Source of the DNA: Mitosporidium daphniae
Lineage: Eukaryota
NCBI RefSeq assembly: GCF_000760515.2
Contig: NW_013546645.1
Location: 45,158-65,157 of the forward strand
Length of the DNA stretch: 20,000 bases
Direction of reading: 5' to 3'
In this document: piece after piece, positions 6,589-20,000 of the stretch
Numbering within the stretch: the stretch's first letter is position 1
How the letters are laid out: the number at the start of each line of letters is the position of its first letter
Translations under genes and position numbers: made by a program
The notes under the pieces: generated by a model
The model's database searches: none
Seen by the model: only the letters and a program-made list of their open reading frames with translations
Told to the model about the DNA's origin: nothing

Positions 6589-9500
6589 TCAGAATTCAGG
6601 ATGCCATCGTGGGTCCACGCCAGAAATATCTTGACAGGCCTTCGATGCCTGTGAAATGAGCTCGACGATAGGTGCATAAAGTGAGACTGGCAGTGGTTGC
6701 TTGACCTTGGATTCGCTCTGGACGGTAGCTTGGGTTCCGGCTGCTGTTGATCCCCCATCCTGAATGTCTTCTTGGGAAAAGACGACCTGGCTCACGTAAG
6801 CAGAGACATGTGCAGAAATGATGTCCTTTTCTTTCTCGCAAGCAAGAACTTTGATGCGTTCTAAAGCCCCTCGTGCATGAATAGAGGGACCACGAACCCG
6901 TTGCTCCATCGTTGGCTGGCTACCAGCTAGAAGATCAAAGAGATCGCTAATTTCTTCAGAGCGATGGGAAAGTTCATCCGCAAGGGCATGCACGGATGGC
7001 ACAAAGAGCCCATCTACAAAAACACGGCCCAAGAATGTTTGCAGTGCAGGTCCCATACGGAACACAAGGGGAGCATGCAGCACACGCATACCCGGTGCTT
7101 GGGTATCATAACGCAGCGATGAAGGGTCAATTTTGATAGCACAAGCAGAGTTGGGCTGCGTCGACATTTCTTGCGAGGCATTTGGAGCCCGTTCAGTGGC
7201 TGATAAAGCCAGTTCATGTGCCGTAGCGTCAAGACGCTCAAACAGCGCAGCGCCAATCCAGGAGAGCCGACCGTGCGCCAAAGGGCCTAACCCAATTGAG
7301 GCTAAATCGCGCTGCCGTACGCTTCCCAGGATGCTCCATCCCGTGATCAGAGCAGCCCATTGTAGTGCAAACGACTTGCGATAAAGCCAATAGTCTTGAG
7401 AATTGGCCAGCCGTGCAGCTACGAATGCTGCCAGTACTGAGGAACACGCCATCTGTATGTCCTGTTCTTTAGCCGGCGTTTGGGGCTTCATTGGCCCTGC
7501 CGTTGCAATTTCTACTTCCGCCGGCTGAGCAGCGGCGCCGGTGGTCGTATTTAAGCATTGAGCCATGGAGAGCGGGTCTACAATGATGTCTGGAGATGCA
7601 AGAACAACCATGCAGGATCCATTTCCATTCAGAGCATCAGAGGCAATTAGTGGCAACAAAGATGAATTCCACGTGAGCAGCGGAGATGCCCGTTGGCGAA
7701 CCAGACGCCCCTTTGAGGCAACTCCGCCCAGCATCCAAAGAAGCCGCGATGCTGTGGCCGCACCAAGTATGGCATTGACCCTTTCGGTGTCATTAAAAAT
7801 GGTAATAGCCCGCACACTGCCATCACTAAGATATACCACAAGCCCATAATGACCATCTGTTTGGCGCAGGATGGCACCAAAGGAGTCGATTTTTGTAGAT
7901 GATGCCCCAGTATCGCCTTTGCGTGGTAATACCAAACGCTGACCAGGTAATTCGAGCTCATCATCCATTGGGAGACGTGGGAACGAAGAAAGCCAACGCG
8001 AAGTTACATGCACAGGGCTCACTACCACATTGCACCGTTTCTTTTTTGAGGGCAGGTGATTGTTTTTCTTTGCCGACATTAGGCTGTTTTGCACTTCCCC
8101 CAAAAAGATGATCATTGTCTCCGTGGCCAAAGGATGGACTGCCCGTAGCATAGACAATAGCGCTGCCATTTCGTCTCCATTAGAATCCAAAGCTTTGCTT
8201 CGAATACGTGCTGAAAGCGGATAAAAGAGAAGATTCGGGAAAAGGCGTCCAATGCGCTGCAATAAGCTTCGTAGCCTGGAGCCTAGCTCCATGGTTGAGC
8301 TAGAGCCCGGAGAATCTCGCAAGTCATCAAGCATTTCTTCCAGAAACGGTAGCCACGGAGCCAAAGGAAGCTCTGCCAAATACAGATCAAAAATGCCTGC
8401 AAGCTCTGGCGCCATTCGCAACATCTTCAAAATCATAGAAGCAAGTAACAAAGCTTGACTGTGCGTGCACCCATTGCTCAGTCCAGAGCCATAGCGGAGA
8501 TCCTCAGCATCTTCATCGCAAAAAGAGCGCTCATGCGAAGATGAGTTTGTCCCGTTTGGATCAGAAGAAGAGGCAGATGCCACAGAAGATGATGCTGTTG
8601 AAGGATCATTGCGTCTTTGGTTGGCATTTTGGTGATGAGACGCAGAAGAGGAAGAGGATGTTCCAAGAATCATTGCCTGCAAGTAACAGTGAATAGCATG
8701 CATTGCAAATGTTTGTGCGTTAGGCTCCTCCGGATACGGTGTCAATGCAGTAAATGAGGTCAACGTCGACGGAGAGGTTGTCCCCAGTGAAGTGGCGGAT
8801 GTGATATTCAGCGAACATGGTGGTGGTTTTGCTAGGCCAGGAGATCTTCCAGCGGTCAATGAGGATTCATCTGCGGAGCACGTGCCAGCAGCTTCCACGC
8901 CCAAATCATGATTTTCTTCTTCTTTTTTGGCGATAAATGCACGGAAGCGGCGGCGATTATAATGACCCCAGGCAGCCCAGGCGCGTCCGTGGTTGATGTC
9001 CAGCTGTACTGCTTGCGAGTGAACCTTGTTTGCTTCTTCAATTCCGGTGAGGTTAAGAGCCTCCAAAAAACGGCCTTTAAGGGAAAAAAAGTCCGACTTT
9101 TGAGAGGCGCCAAAGTATGCCAAATTTGTAGAGTTGATAATCTCAAGCCCAGCTACAAGCAACAACGTTCCCGGAGACGCACAGCATGCCGTGGAACTGG
9201 ATTTGGCTGCGCCTTGGTCATCCGCACATCCTTCGGTGGCTTGTGCCGTGCTGCTGTTGGTGTCCGTATTTGCACTTGTAGCCCCTCCACTAGCACCACC
9301 AAACGTAGCAGCAGCGTGAAGTGGTACGGCCGCTGTCAGCCATGGTGCTGACAGCGGATCGTAAAATGCATCAAGATAGCATTGTGCTTGCTCGCTCAAC
9401 TTCCAAAAAGCATCTTGAATCTCGATGTTGGGCAGCGTGTAAATCTTATTGAGCAGCTGTACGCAAATATCTGGAAGACGATGGCGACGAGCTACAGTCG

Positions 9501-12500
9501 CAAAGCGATTGATCAGCCATGCGCTTTCATGATAACCGCGATAAATCAGGGTTCCTCCAGAAGATGCAGCAGAAGAGGCCGAAGATGGGGCCGTAGATGG
9601 GGCGTTCATATTGCCAGGACCTGCGGCTCCACCCATTATCACCATGTTGTCTAGTTCCGTAACGGTGGCTGCAAAGAGCCCATTGATGGCCGAAAAGAGA
9701 GACTGCCTCCAAGCAGCCAGCTCAGACCATGCCCCAATGGAATCATAATGGATGGAGGGAAGCCGTTCCCGCCAGGTGCCCAAGATTCCTCTGAGCTCTT
9801 GCACCATAGTCAATTGGGGCTGGAGCGGTGATGCATTGGAAAGGTGAAGATTGCCCGCTCCACCGCCTCCAGCACCAAGGAAAAGTCCGGCAGCTTCCTG
9901 CACTTCCACAAAAAGCTGAAAGAGAATTGATAGCGAATCATTTTGAGATGAGCCGATAAGTGGCCATGGCATGGCGGCCCATTGTGCAAGAGTCACCTGG
10001 AAACCTTCCTCGATAAGGCGGCCCAACTCAGCGACACGCCGACCAGAGAGGACTGTTGATCCAGAGGATGCGTTAGCTCCTGGCCCATGGATCCCACCAG
10101 AAAGGCCAGCACCAGCGCTGGTACCAGTACCGCCCCCGCCGATATTTCCAACAACTCCCGTGATGATTTGATGTAAGTGAAGCAGAGCATCGTAAAAAAG
10201 ACGCTTAGGTGTTGGGGCATCCGCAACAAGCTCTAGTGCCGCGCGCACAGCGGCTTGATCTTTAGAGGTGCTCCAGTCCAACAAGCGCCAAGATGCATCA
10301 AGTGAGAGGTCGATGTCATTGTCTACCTTTGCAAGTTCAACCAAAACGTCCCATTGTTGCAGCCGCCGCGCAGCAGCGATCCATCGCTCCTGCCATTGTT
10401 GCATTTCATCCCCGCCTTCTCCGAATGAATGGGAAGAGGCATTTTCAGACTTTTTTGCATCACAAGATGAACCTTTCCGGGCACCATAAGCATCATAATA
10501 AAAGGAAGATCCATCACCGCTAGGGCAAGCGGTACTATCACACGGATCTTTCATGATGTTGACGATGTTTCCAACTTCGTTCTTGACAAGTGGTTCTGTG
10601 GCAAGACGTCCTGCTCGCGCAACAGCCTGCGCAGCCTCCAAAACTACTTGTGCACCTTCAAGATATTCGGCCTGTTCCAGCGAGCTCGCAAGAATGGTCT
10701 GCCCGTGGCGTGCCTGGCATCTCCGTGCCCCGAATGCACCATCACTCTCTCCCATTGCTTCATATAAATAGCCGAGAGCCTCATAATTTTGTGAAGCCCT
10801 ACACATGGTCTCAAGAGAAAGTACAGGTGCAAACCAATTGAAGTTTTTGGCAAGGTACCGTAGCAGCATCTCACTGAGCCCAAACTGTACCATGATTTGG
10901 GGATGATGTAATGCGAGAGCTGAAATAGCCTCCAACAGCGTACATGCCGGTAGCGTGTGGTTTCGCGGGGACCAAGAAGTGGAAGAAGAGGAGCTAAGCA
11001 AATGATATGGCCGTGATAGATTGTATGAGAGATCAGCCCCTATGGTTGAGAGCAATATCATGTCGGTTCCTTCGCGTTCGCGGTTTTGAGAAGCAGCTAT
11101 GGCGATTTCGCCAAAACATCGTACCCAGCATACATGAGCCCAAGCTCCATCTACACGGGCTAGGGCTGAAATCGGACCTTGAAATTGGGAAAGTAAAGGT
11201 CCTCGAGCACGTTGTATGAGGGCCAAAGCTTCGTGGATCCAATATGAGGTCGCAATGGCCTCCCAGTTCTGAACGCCAAGAATATAACGCAGGGCTTTAA
11301 AGGGACCCTCCAGTGATGGTTGCGCAAATTCAAGAGAAAGATAAATCACCTCAATTAGCTGATCATACAGCTCAGGCTCGCCTCGACATTCTACCATCAA
11401 AGATAAAAAGTCTTTCTGTAGTTGAAAGGTTACTTCTGAATGTGCAAATGACGAGCAGGGCATCGCTTCAGGGGTAGATCGGGAAGGAAGATCCATTGAT
11501 ACATGGGACTTTCCATACACCAGACAAAGTAGCTGAACCATAGCCCGGCGCACTTTTCGGATACTTCCGAGCCGAATCTTGGCTAGAAGTAGGCCCAAAT
11601 CACCCCAATGGTGAAGATTATGATCACCATCTTGGCCATTTGGGTGATCATCACGGCCGGCTCCAAAGTGACCTTCCATGGCCTGATGGCCCGAATCAGA
11701 GGAATTTTCGCGGAGCTTCGCGTAACAAGAGGCAGCCATAAAAAGCAAGTCCATTTTCTCTTTCAACATGAAAGTTCCCCCGTTGAGCCAGTGAAAAATT
11801 CTCACCAGAATATCTTCGATTACGGCAAGAGGATAAAGCATCGGATGCGAGGTAATCATTCCGATCACGCCAAGGAATTTTTGTCGCTCCTCGCTAGATG
11901 AGACCAAGTTAGATGCCAAAGCATCCCTTTCAATGATATCAAAAATGAGTATCATTGCTAAGCCACGAATGGTGGAGAGTATCTCTTGAGGACCGCCCAT
12001 TAAAATATCCTTTTCCGTGATAATGGCGGTACAGAAAGCAACCTCAGAAGCAGAGGCCGGGGCTCCCGGCGCAAGTGCTTCGCGTGCCAGATCTGACAGC
12101 ATGCTAATTAGCACCGAAATAGGAAGCAATGTTGGAGGTGCAGCTGCGATGGAGGCGGTAGATTTCGCCTGAAAGTCATTGTTATCTTCGTGAGCGTACA
12201 ACACTTCACCAGCTATTGTCGGCAAGGCGGCAGTTGTACGTTTTGAAGAAACAGCGCCAAAGTTCGACCAAATAAAGAGCAAGACAGGCAGCAGTGAAGG
12301 AAGCGAAACTATGAGTGCCGGATTGAAATCAGAGGGAACAACATCCAGTCTTTCCACAACTTGACCGTTTTTCTTATAAAATAAAAGACCAGAAAGCGAC
12401 AGTGAAATACGAAGCGAGAGCACAGATGAAAGAAGAGGAGAAGATGTCATTGCAGACGAGAATGAGTTTGCTCCCCCACTAACACCATGTTGAAGCAGCG

Positions 12501-15500
12501 ATGTTGGGTATGAAAAAAAGAACCCAGGAAAAAGCGAAGGGATACGCTCCATAATTATCTTCACATATCTTTCTCGCTCTTCCTTGGCATTTACGCAAAA
12601 TATCATTTCAAGCAAAAAGAGGGCATTAAGAATCGATCGTAAAGGCTTAGGCAATTCCGAAAACGATGTCGCAAAAGCTTGAGTAGCCATGGGAGGTTCG
12701 GCAGACGAGGATGCCTGAGCTGCGTTTGCAGGCAGTGGGATCATGGACGCAGTTTGTGCTGGAGAGGATTGGAAAATCTCATCAACCAAATGCCATGGCA
12801 AGGAGAGTCCAGCTTCTGCAGCAGACATAGCCAGTTTTAATGCATATGCATCATACTCCAGGCAAGGCATTGATGATACCGATGCTGCCAAAGAGGCACC
12901 ACCACCATTACACACCGTTGATGAGGGGTTCACCGGTGGCGTAAAGGTAGGCTTTGCCATGAGAGAAGAAGAACACAGGGTATACCCTTGGCCAGAAAGG
13001 ATGATTCGAAAAAGGGTTTCAGAGGTGCCCTCCCAAACACCAGGCCCAAGGATCGGTATCAAAGGCAAAGGTTGAGCCGCCTGGGCGACGCGAGTCCTTT
13101 TTCGCACGTGATGCTGCTTGGACGAAGATGTTGTTGATACTGGAGAAGGAGTCGTTGCAGATGAGTTGTTAATGGAAAGAGTTATAATGCAATCGATAAT
13201 TAAGAGCTGGCCACTTTTCATAAGATCAGAAATAGGTGATTGTGGCTGCGAAAGTAGCGAGCTTATCACTTCCAATGCCGAGTACCACCACCAACAAGGA
13301 GCTTGCCCCATTGCAGCCGTGATCTGCAGGGGAGATATGGTTTTTATTGGCGATGGGACACCTGCTGTTGAATTTTCTATCTTTGCTGATGAAGGAATCC
13401 CCAAAAAGGGAGGAAACCCTGGAGCTTTGTATGAAAACGAGGTTGGTATCACGCGAGCTTGATTTGAGCAGGCGGTCATTGAAGCAAGAGCGCTCCAAAC
13501 AATTCCGTGTTGTTGAGAAAGTGACGCCATAACATGCTCGGATCCAGATATTGAGCCAAGGCCTTTTGTCATAGGTGGGCCATAGCCTGCAAGTACATGC
13601 AGAATGGCGGAAAGTACGCGTTCGAGCGACATTGATAACGCTATTGTCAGGATCTCTATCACTGCAAATAGACGTCGAGAATCAACAATAGTGCTGTTTG
13701 AGCCACCAAAATCTAGCAATACACGGAAAGAAGACTCGAGTTCTCCATTTGCACCTACTTCATTTGGATGAGATGCATAAAGAAGCACCTGAGCCGCAGC
13801 GAGATTGTACCGATCCTCGTCACCGTCGGTAGGAAGTTCCTTGGCAACAGTAGTAATGGTAGTGTGGCACCACTCGTTTAAAGACTCCGAATTGAGACGA
13901 ACCGACATTTTCGCGATGGCAAAGAGAAGGGCAGAAGAGCAGAACCCCCGCTTTTCGATGATTTTTACCAATTTTTCTTGTGAAACCTTGTCAAGTTCTT
14001 TCAAATCATTGATCCAAGAAACAAGAAAGGCCTCCCGAGCAGCCCAATTAGGAGGGTCATCACAGGGATCAACGGCATCGATAAGGCTGCAAATAAAGTT
14101 AAGATCACACTGTATACGCTGCTCAAGAACCTGTGGAAATGAATCCACCAATGCAGCTAGTAGAGGTAGCAGCAGAGGTGCATTTTCGTTGCAATGAAGC
14201 ACACCATCGCTAGAGGACACCTTCGCTATATCAGATGCCTTAGGAGCTGTGGCGACCAGCAGGGCGGTACCTGCTTGCCAAAGAACATCTTCGAGTGAAG
14301 TGGCAAAGGCATCTCCAAAACGAAGCAGTATCCGCTCTCCTCCCTTGCGGGGCTTAACCTTATGTCTTTGGATCATCCGCACAATGAGGGTTGAGACACT
14401 CTCTGCAAGCTGCGGGCTCAGAAGCTTGCATACTGAAGAGGATCCGGAAGCGGAGGGATTCTTGCAAGACAATGGATCTTTGTCTTGTTGAAGATGCCCA
14501 GAAAGAGTACCTCTTTGTAAAGAAAGAAGCATGGAGGCAACGACTTCGGAAAAATTTGCATTGGCCCCTGGGCTGTCCCTCCAGCTTTGATTGTTCTCTC
14601 CTAGATCGAGACGACTGGCCAGAAGCTCCCAAGTTCCTGGAGAAAGCACAATGTCCCGTGCCTCACTGTGCATCGCCATGAGCTCACAAAAAAGCCCAAC
14701 AATACGATCATCCTTCAGTCGTTCTCCCCCAACAATCACTTCAATGGTAACCGAAAGGTGTTTGCAAAGATAGCGCAGTACGGGCCTCCTGAAAGGCGAG
14801 GCTCTTGTCCTGCGAACCATTTCTTCAAGTGAGCACAGAGCGACCAGCGTCTCTTCTAGAAATACTGATGAGGTTGGTGGAAGCAGATGGAAGACATCCA
14901 AAATGGCTACGATGATGCCGATTTCTGGCGCCAAGATTTCTGGAGGCCCAGAAGGAGACGCCGCCTTGGCAGCTTCAGCCCATTGCCTGAGATGCTCTAG
15001 CAACTTGCGACCAATTTCGGCTTTAAAATAAGAAGTGAGAAGCTCAAGTAAGCGGCCGAGACCCTCTAGCCCAGGTATGGTTAACCGCTTATAATCGGAG
15101 AGGTTCATCAACACGGGACGAAGACCGTGCTGCATTAGCTCTTTCGGTAGCTTGTGCTGCATGGCTATGACGAGAGCAAGACCTGTTTTACTTGCGCCCA
15201 CTATATCAGGATTTCGAGCATAAAGAGACTTGAAAAAGATGGACACAATTCGATTCCTGAGTGCCAAATGGTTTCCCGGTGCTGAAAAAGTAGGCGAGCC
15301 CATGGCTGCCGTAAGGAGCCGGATGCAAGCTATGCGAAGCCGGGCCCCGAACGGGCCATTGCTTCCCTTGGCCACTGCTGATGTGACAGAAGGTGAGGAG
15401 GCAATCTGTGACCCTGAAGGAGTGGTGGCGCTCGGTGCAGGCGATGAAGAGGTTGTGTTTGAGGCTGCATGTGCTGGACCTGCACTTGAAGGTGTAGCAA

Positions 15501-18500
15501 GCGATGCTGAGACCGAATTTACTCCCATTGAAATTGAAGATTGATCTTCAATGGTATCAGCCATGCCCACACAATCTGTAACCAAAGCAAGAAAAGATGG
15601 GGAAAATTCCAAAAAAGACGGATCTTTTTTCATGACAAAAGCTATCGCTTCAATTATTCCGATCTGATGAGAAATAGGAAGCAAAGAGATGTCTCTTCCT
15701 TCTGGACCGCCAAGCCACTCTTGCTCAATGATTGTAGATCGGATGGGCTCAAGTAGCTTACAAAGAGCCCGACCTGCAGCAGATGATACCACAGGAACGG
15801 GTGGGGTAGTTATTCCGGCACTTGGAATAGAAGGCCGTGCATCTTGTGTGGGGACCGATGAATTGAGTGTTTGCGATGATGTAATCGCAAGCGCTGGCTG
15901 CGCAGCGGGAGCTGAAGATACCGGTATATGGGGTAAAGCACCAAGAGCCCCAGACTTTGCAGCAATAACATCCCCATCCTGCTTTTCAAATTTCTTAGCC
16001 AGCTGTTCAAGCATCCCTTGTGCCATGGCCCTATTTTTTTCCAGAGGAGATGCAAGCTCCTGCGTCAAAACCCCAAGCAACCCTAAACAAGGAGTGTCGT
16101 TCCTTTCCTCAATAAGAACAAGCAAAAGGGAATCAAGGGCACGCTCGGGCGCTATCTGTAGCGAGCAAATGCCAACCAAATGCTGACTAGCCAACTCAAG
16201 GGACTTGAAAAGGGCTTCGGCACAAAAAGTGAGAGTGGTATCTGCAACTGAAAACCTTTTCTTTTTGGAGAATATTTCGCGTAACAGGTCAGATCCAGAG
16301 AGACGGGCATAGATGGACTTTTCTCGGAAAAGCCCGCATATTCGAAATAGGATGTCCTCGACGCCATGCTGGAACTCCTGTTGAGACAATTGCTTAAAGG
16401 CAGGATGATTTTGATAACATGTCCCGCGCAAAACTCGAAGCAAAAGAGAACACGCACAAATTCTCAGCTGTGGATTTTCAGAACATAAATACTCGTCAAA
16501 AAAAATATCAATAATATCGCTACTGCGCTCGCTATCCCTCATAGCATCGGCAAGCCCCAGTTCGAGGTTTTCTCTGATTTGATGCAAGAACGAGGCCGAA
16601 GGGAGATGATGATGATGATGATGATGCTTGTCGTCCATCTTTTGGAAATCATCGAAAGTTTTATCGAGAATTACGGGGTCATTAACGCAAAAGAAATGCC
16701 CGTCCACGGTACTAGTGTGGTCCGACTCGTCGTGATTAAACCAAGAAAAGTAGGCTAGATATCTGATCTGGATGCCGATCAGCTCTTTAGTATGCCTTAA
16801 GCGCTTTTCCTCCAAATAGGAACGAGTGATACGAGGAAGATAATGAGCAGGTGATGAGGGAGATGCGCTATCTCGCTTCTTGAACGACTGCTGTGATTCT
16901 GGCAGCCACAAGAGCTCATTCCACTGTGAAATAAGCCGATGCAAAAAAGCCTGCTCGTGCTGAGCCTCTAAGGGCACCTGCAATGATGAAGAAAGATGCG
17001 TCTTGAAATTTAGTTGCCGTATGGGTCTCTTATTACGTCCTGCAAGCTTTCCAAGGATCCTAAGCGCAGTATGAGCAAATTGGGAAGGATATGGGAGAGG
17101 TCTGCAATGAGCCCAAAGAGCCTCAAGCAACTCTGGCATGACACTGGACAAAATGGGATCGAGAAAATCCTGCGTCAAATTATCAATACAAAGCTCCAGA
17201 GTCCGCAAGCCTTGAGACAGCAATTCAGGCGTCATAAACGTTGAAGACGATGAGGAAGATGAGGAGGAGGATGACGAGCCACTCGAGATGTTAGACGTAG
17301 GTGCTGACGCTTGTGAGGCGGCAGATGTTGCTGATAATGGTAGAGTAAAGCCGCCTTGATTCTGTGACGCCGTACCAGAGGCGGATGGCATCATAATCAT
17401 CATTGACATTGAAGGTGAGCTTATAACTTTTAACGAATACACAAGTGGCTTCATCAAAAGTGAAAGATATGGAAGCAGCACAGAAAGACGCACAGGAATG
17501 GTAAGCGCCAGCTCGACAACCAAATCCTTCAGCAAATCCGTGGGTTGTGGGTATGAAGGCGTTAGCGGTGTGTTTGATTCATGGCTACCTCTGGAAAATG
17601 TCTGAAGAATCTCAATGGAGTGAAGCAGGGCATTGAGTGTCTCAAGAATTGTTGGCAGAATAGGAAGAATTTCACGATAAAGAATTTCAAAGCGGCCACC
17701 CCCAATGGCTCGAAAAAGAGTTCTAAGAAGCAAAAGGGCATGAAAAGGCTCCTGTGACACTTTGGAAGAACCGCAACGTAAACACGAAAGGATCAGTTCA
17801 GGAAGAAAAGCTGCCCAAACACCCTCGATTTCTTCTGGATAAGCCCCCAAAGCCATCAACATTAATTTCATTATACGCTGCAGACGGGCTGCACTATCAA
17901 TATTCATCACTTGGGATAGCTCATTGCCGCCGAAAAGATTCTTGGAAAGCCATCGAAGCAAATGAAGAAGTGTGATTTTGGCAACCTCCGGCCCTCCAGG
18001 TCCAACCAAAAAAACTTGAAGAAGTGCGGAGAGTGCAGGCACAGATGTAATTGCATTGTATATGTTTGGGCAGTTGGAGGAAATGATGTCCGAAAAAACA
18101 GAAACCTCCAGCAAAATGAAAATCTGCGCAATCTGCTCCACCATGTCCTTTTCCTCTTGTGCGAGCTGGCTTTGCAAAAGAGACGCATCATATGCCAATC
18201 CTTTGGCAAAAAAATTGATCGTCTCACACGAAAGCGAAGAGGAAAGACCAGAAGAAGGCTCTTGGATGCATTTTTGATCGGACGCACAAAGACGCACCAA
18301 TGTGGCTACAAGATCCCCAAAAAGACGGACAAACCAAATCGACTCCTCATGAAGGATACCTCGAACCGAAAAGATTGCGGAAGACAAGGGGGCAGGTGAT
18401 GGTTGAAGCGAGCGAAAGGCGAAAAAGATCACTTTAAGGCCTGTAACTAGTGCACGAAACAGAATTCTAAAATTTTCTATGCCAGTTTCTTCAGAACCGA

Positions 18501-19998
18501 AAACAGGCGTTTCCGAAAGCATATGAATGGCCCTACAGTACGAGTAAAATATTCTCCAATAGGCCTCTTTCCTATTGGCCATTGTAAGTTGCGGGTGGGA
18601 AGCAAGAGGAAGCCCGACCACAAAGTGTTCCGCAATCGTACTTAGCAGCCTAGCCGCCACGGCCCTGACGCCAAAAGAAAGACCGGAGCGGTTATGCTCG
18701 GACTCTAGCAAGCTTACAAATGCCGGTATCAAAGTCCAATTGAAAAGAGAAACCGGGATTTCCGTTCTAAAATGGACTATAAAATCAGCAAATGTGGTAA
18801 TAATAATCGGTCGCAACGTACGCGCCGCTGTTGATTGCAGAGAAGATGAACAAACGCCCTCCTCGTCGATGGAAAAATTGAACAAATGACATTTTGATGG
18901 GTCAAGAAATTCGCCCACTTTTGCTCCAAGATGGGGCCTAACATCCTGCGTTAGCATTAAATGGCGAAGAGCAATCAGCACTTCCCTTCTTAGCCCATAT
19001 GAATCTTCTGGAATGATTCCAGAAAGGCTCATCAGTAATTTTGGAAAAAATGGTGCAAATGACTTCATGGATATTGGAATGGCCCTGGCCATAAACGTTA
19101 GCAGGGACAAAATCTTTCATTAACGAAATAAAAGTACCTTAACGTGGATAGAAATTACCTCTAAAGGTAAGCTACTATCATCCAAAGTAGTCAACTGTCG
19201 ATCCAACAGTGTGGTACGCGAAAATTCGACAAATTGCATCATTAAAGGACCGTTAACAAACAAGTCGGCCATGGGTTTCTTGTAAATCTGGAACAGCACC
19301 ACGATGATCAGCGGACATTCGGTGGCAACTTTTAAAGAATTTGATGCCGATGGTTGGTGAGATGGAATGCAATGCGAAGCGCTAGAAGATCCCATTGAAT
19401 GCGAATGTATCCAACTAAATAGATCCTTTACAAATGAAAGGAAGAAAGAAATCAACTGCGACAAAGTAACCGAACTAGGCGCTGCGGATGGTGGAATCTG
19501 TGCCTGCGGTACCGGTGTCGTCTCCAGCTCATGCTGCACCTTGGAGAAAAGGGTCTTGTGCCAATCAACAAAGATCTTTAATATGGATAGCCCGGTGCGC
19601 TCACTACAACCGGGGCTAGAGAGCCATGTTAGAAGCAGAGAGATGATAGTTTTTGGCTCCAGCACTTCAGTCCGACGCAATGCTGAAAGAAGACGAAGTG
19701 CATCGAAAACATTGTCGTCCCTGTGAGAAGAAGAGAAGGGGGAGCAAAATGAAGAGGCGCTTGTTGAGGGTGTTTCTGTATTTTGTGCCAAAGACAATTC
19801 CAAGACATTTTTCATTAACACCGCTTTAATTAATTGCGAAGCCTTTTGCATTAAGGGGTCAAAAACGCAGCAGGAAGATGGAATGATAAGGAAATATTCA
19901 TCTACAAGCACATTTATCGATTCTACGGCAATTATGACAAAAATGGTACCGGAAAATTTGGCATGATCTAGGTTTGCTTCGACTTGCTCTGCTAAGGA
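6589..19998 (-). CDS. TRA1: Tra1/TRRAP, PIKK-family pseudokinase subunit of SAGA/NuA4; 5'-partial; exons >19998-19138 and 19113-6589; at least 4,461 aa
   Basis: Hallmark blocks are present: SLKVATECPLIIVVLFQ; LLLRTLFRAIGGGRFEILYRE; VELALTIPVRLSVLLPYLSLLMKPLV; SQGLRTLELCIDNLTQDF; KLPKELMQHGLRPVLMNLSDYKRL; FAT-domain YRGYHESAWLINRFA...IYTLPNIEIQDAF; ELPGQ; QDYWLYRKSFALQ; FATC-like DPRWHPEF*. The frame stays open from 19911 to the window edge. Confidence 0.93.
16606..16626 (-). repeat. (CAT)7 microsatellite encoding poly-His within Tra1
   Basis: The plus strand has ATG x7 uninterrupted; the protein reads DDKHHHHHHHLP. Confidence 0.9.
19114..19137 (-). other. 24-nt spliceosomal intron of TRA1 (phase 0)
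   Basis: GTACTTTTATTTCGTTAATGAAAG contains in-frame TAA TGA. Removal gives IHVK/ILSLLTFMAR, matching the Tra1/TRRAP QIK.LSFLAY motif. Confidence 0.88.
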
Positions 19999-20000
19999 CT

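Noticed and set aside
6433..19726. Dozens of 60-165 aa ORFs overlapping TRA1 on either strand
   Set aside because: They are shadow or antisense frames of a long conserved CDS with no recognisable motifs, and many start at GTG/TTG.
19902..19949. Possible 48-nt stop-less intron in TRA1 (GTACCA...TTGTAG)
   Set aside because: The frame is open with or without it, so the sequence alone gives no evidence; RNA-seq is needed.

Overview
Gene-dense eukaryotic (fungal/opisthokont-like) DNA, not prokaryotic. Intergenic gaps are only about 70-240 nt and most spliceosomal introns are tiny (24-28 nt). By inference this fits an early-diverging microsporidian/Rozellomycota-type parasite that still has a mitochondrial carrier-import pathway. 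Gene order: 3' end of SMC5 (+); TIM9 (+, two 24-nt introns, missed by the ORF track); a head-to-head pair of orphan membrane-protein paralogs (1037-2717 -, 2901-4175 +); PRP18 (+, one intron); a METTL6/Trm141-type tRNA m3C methyltransferase (-, two introns); and a giant, divergent TRA1/TRRAP (-, >4,460 aa, running off the window end). The most unusual element is the paralog pair. Its 5' halves form a ~605-bp inverted repeat, identical apart from a 12-nt VNTR, around an asymmetric 173-bp spacer. Its 3' halves are a mosaic of conserved and hypervariable blocks, and only one copy carries a pseudokinase-like tail. This could be an invertible switch or gene-conversion cassette for a variable surface/effector protein, but an assembly artefact must be excluded first.
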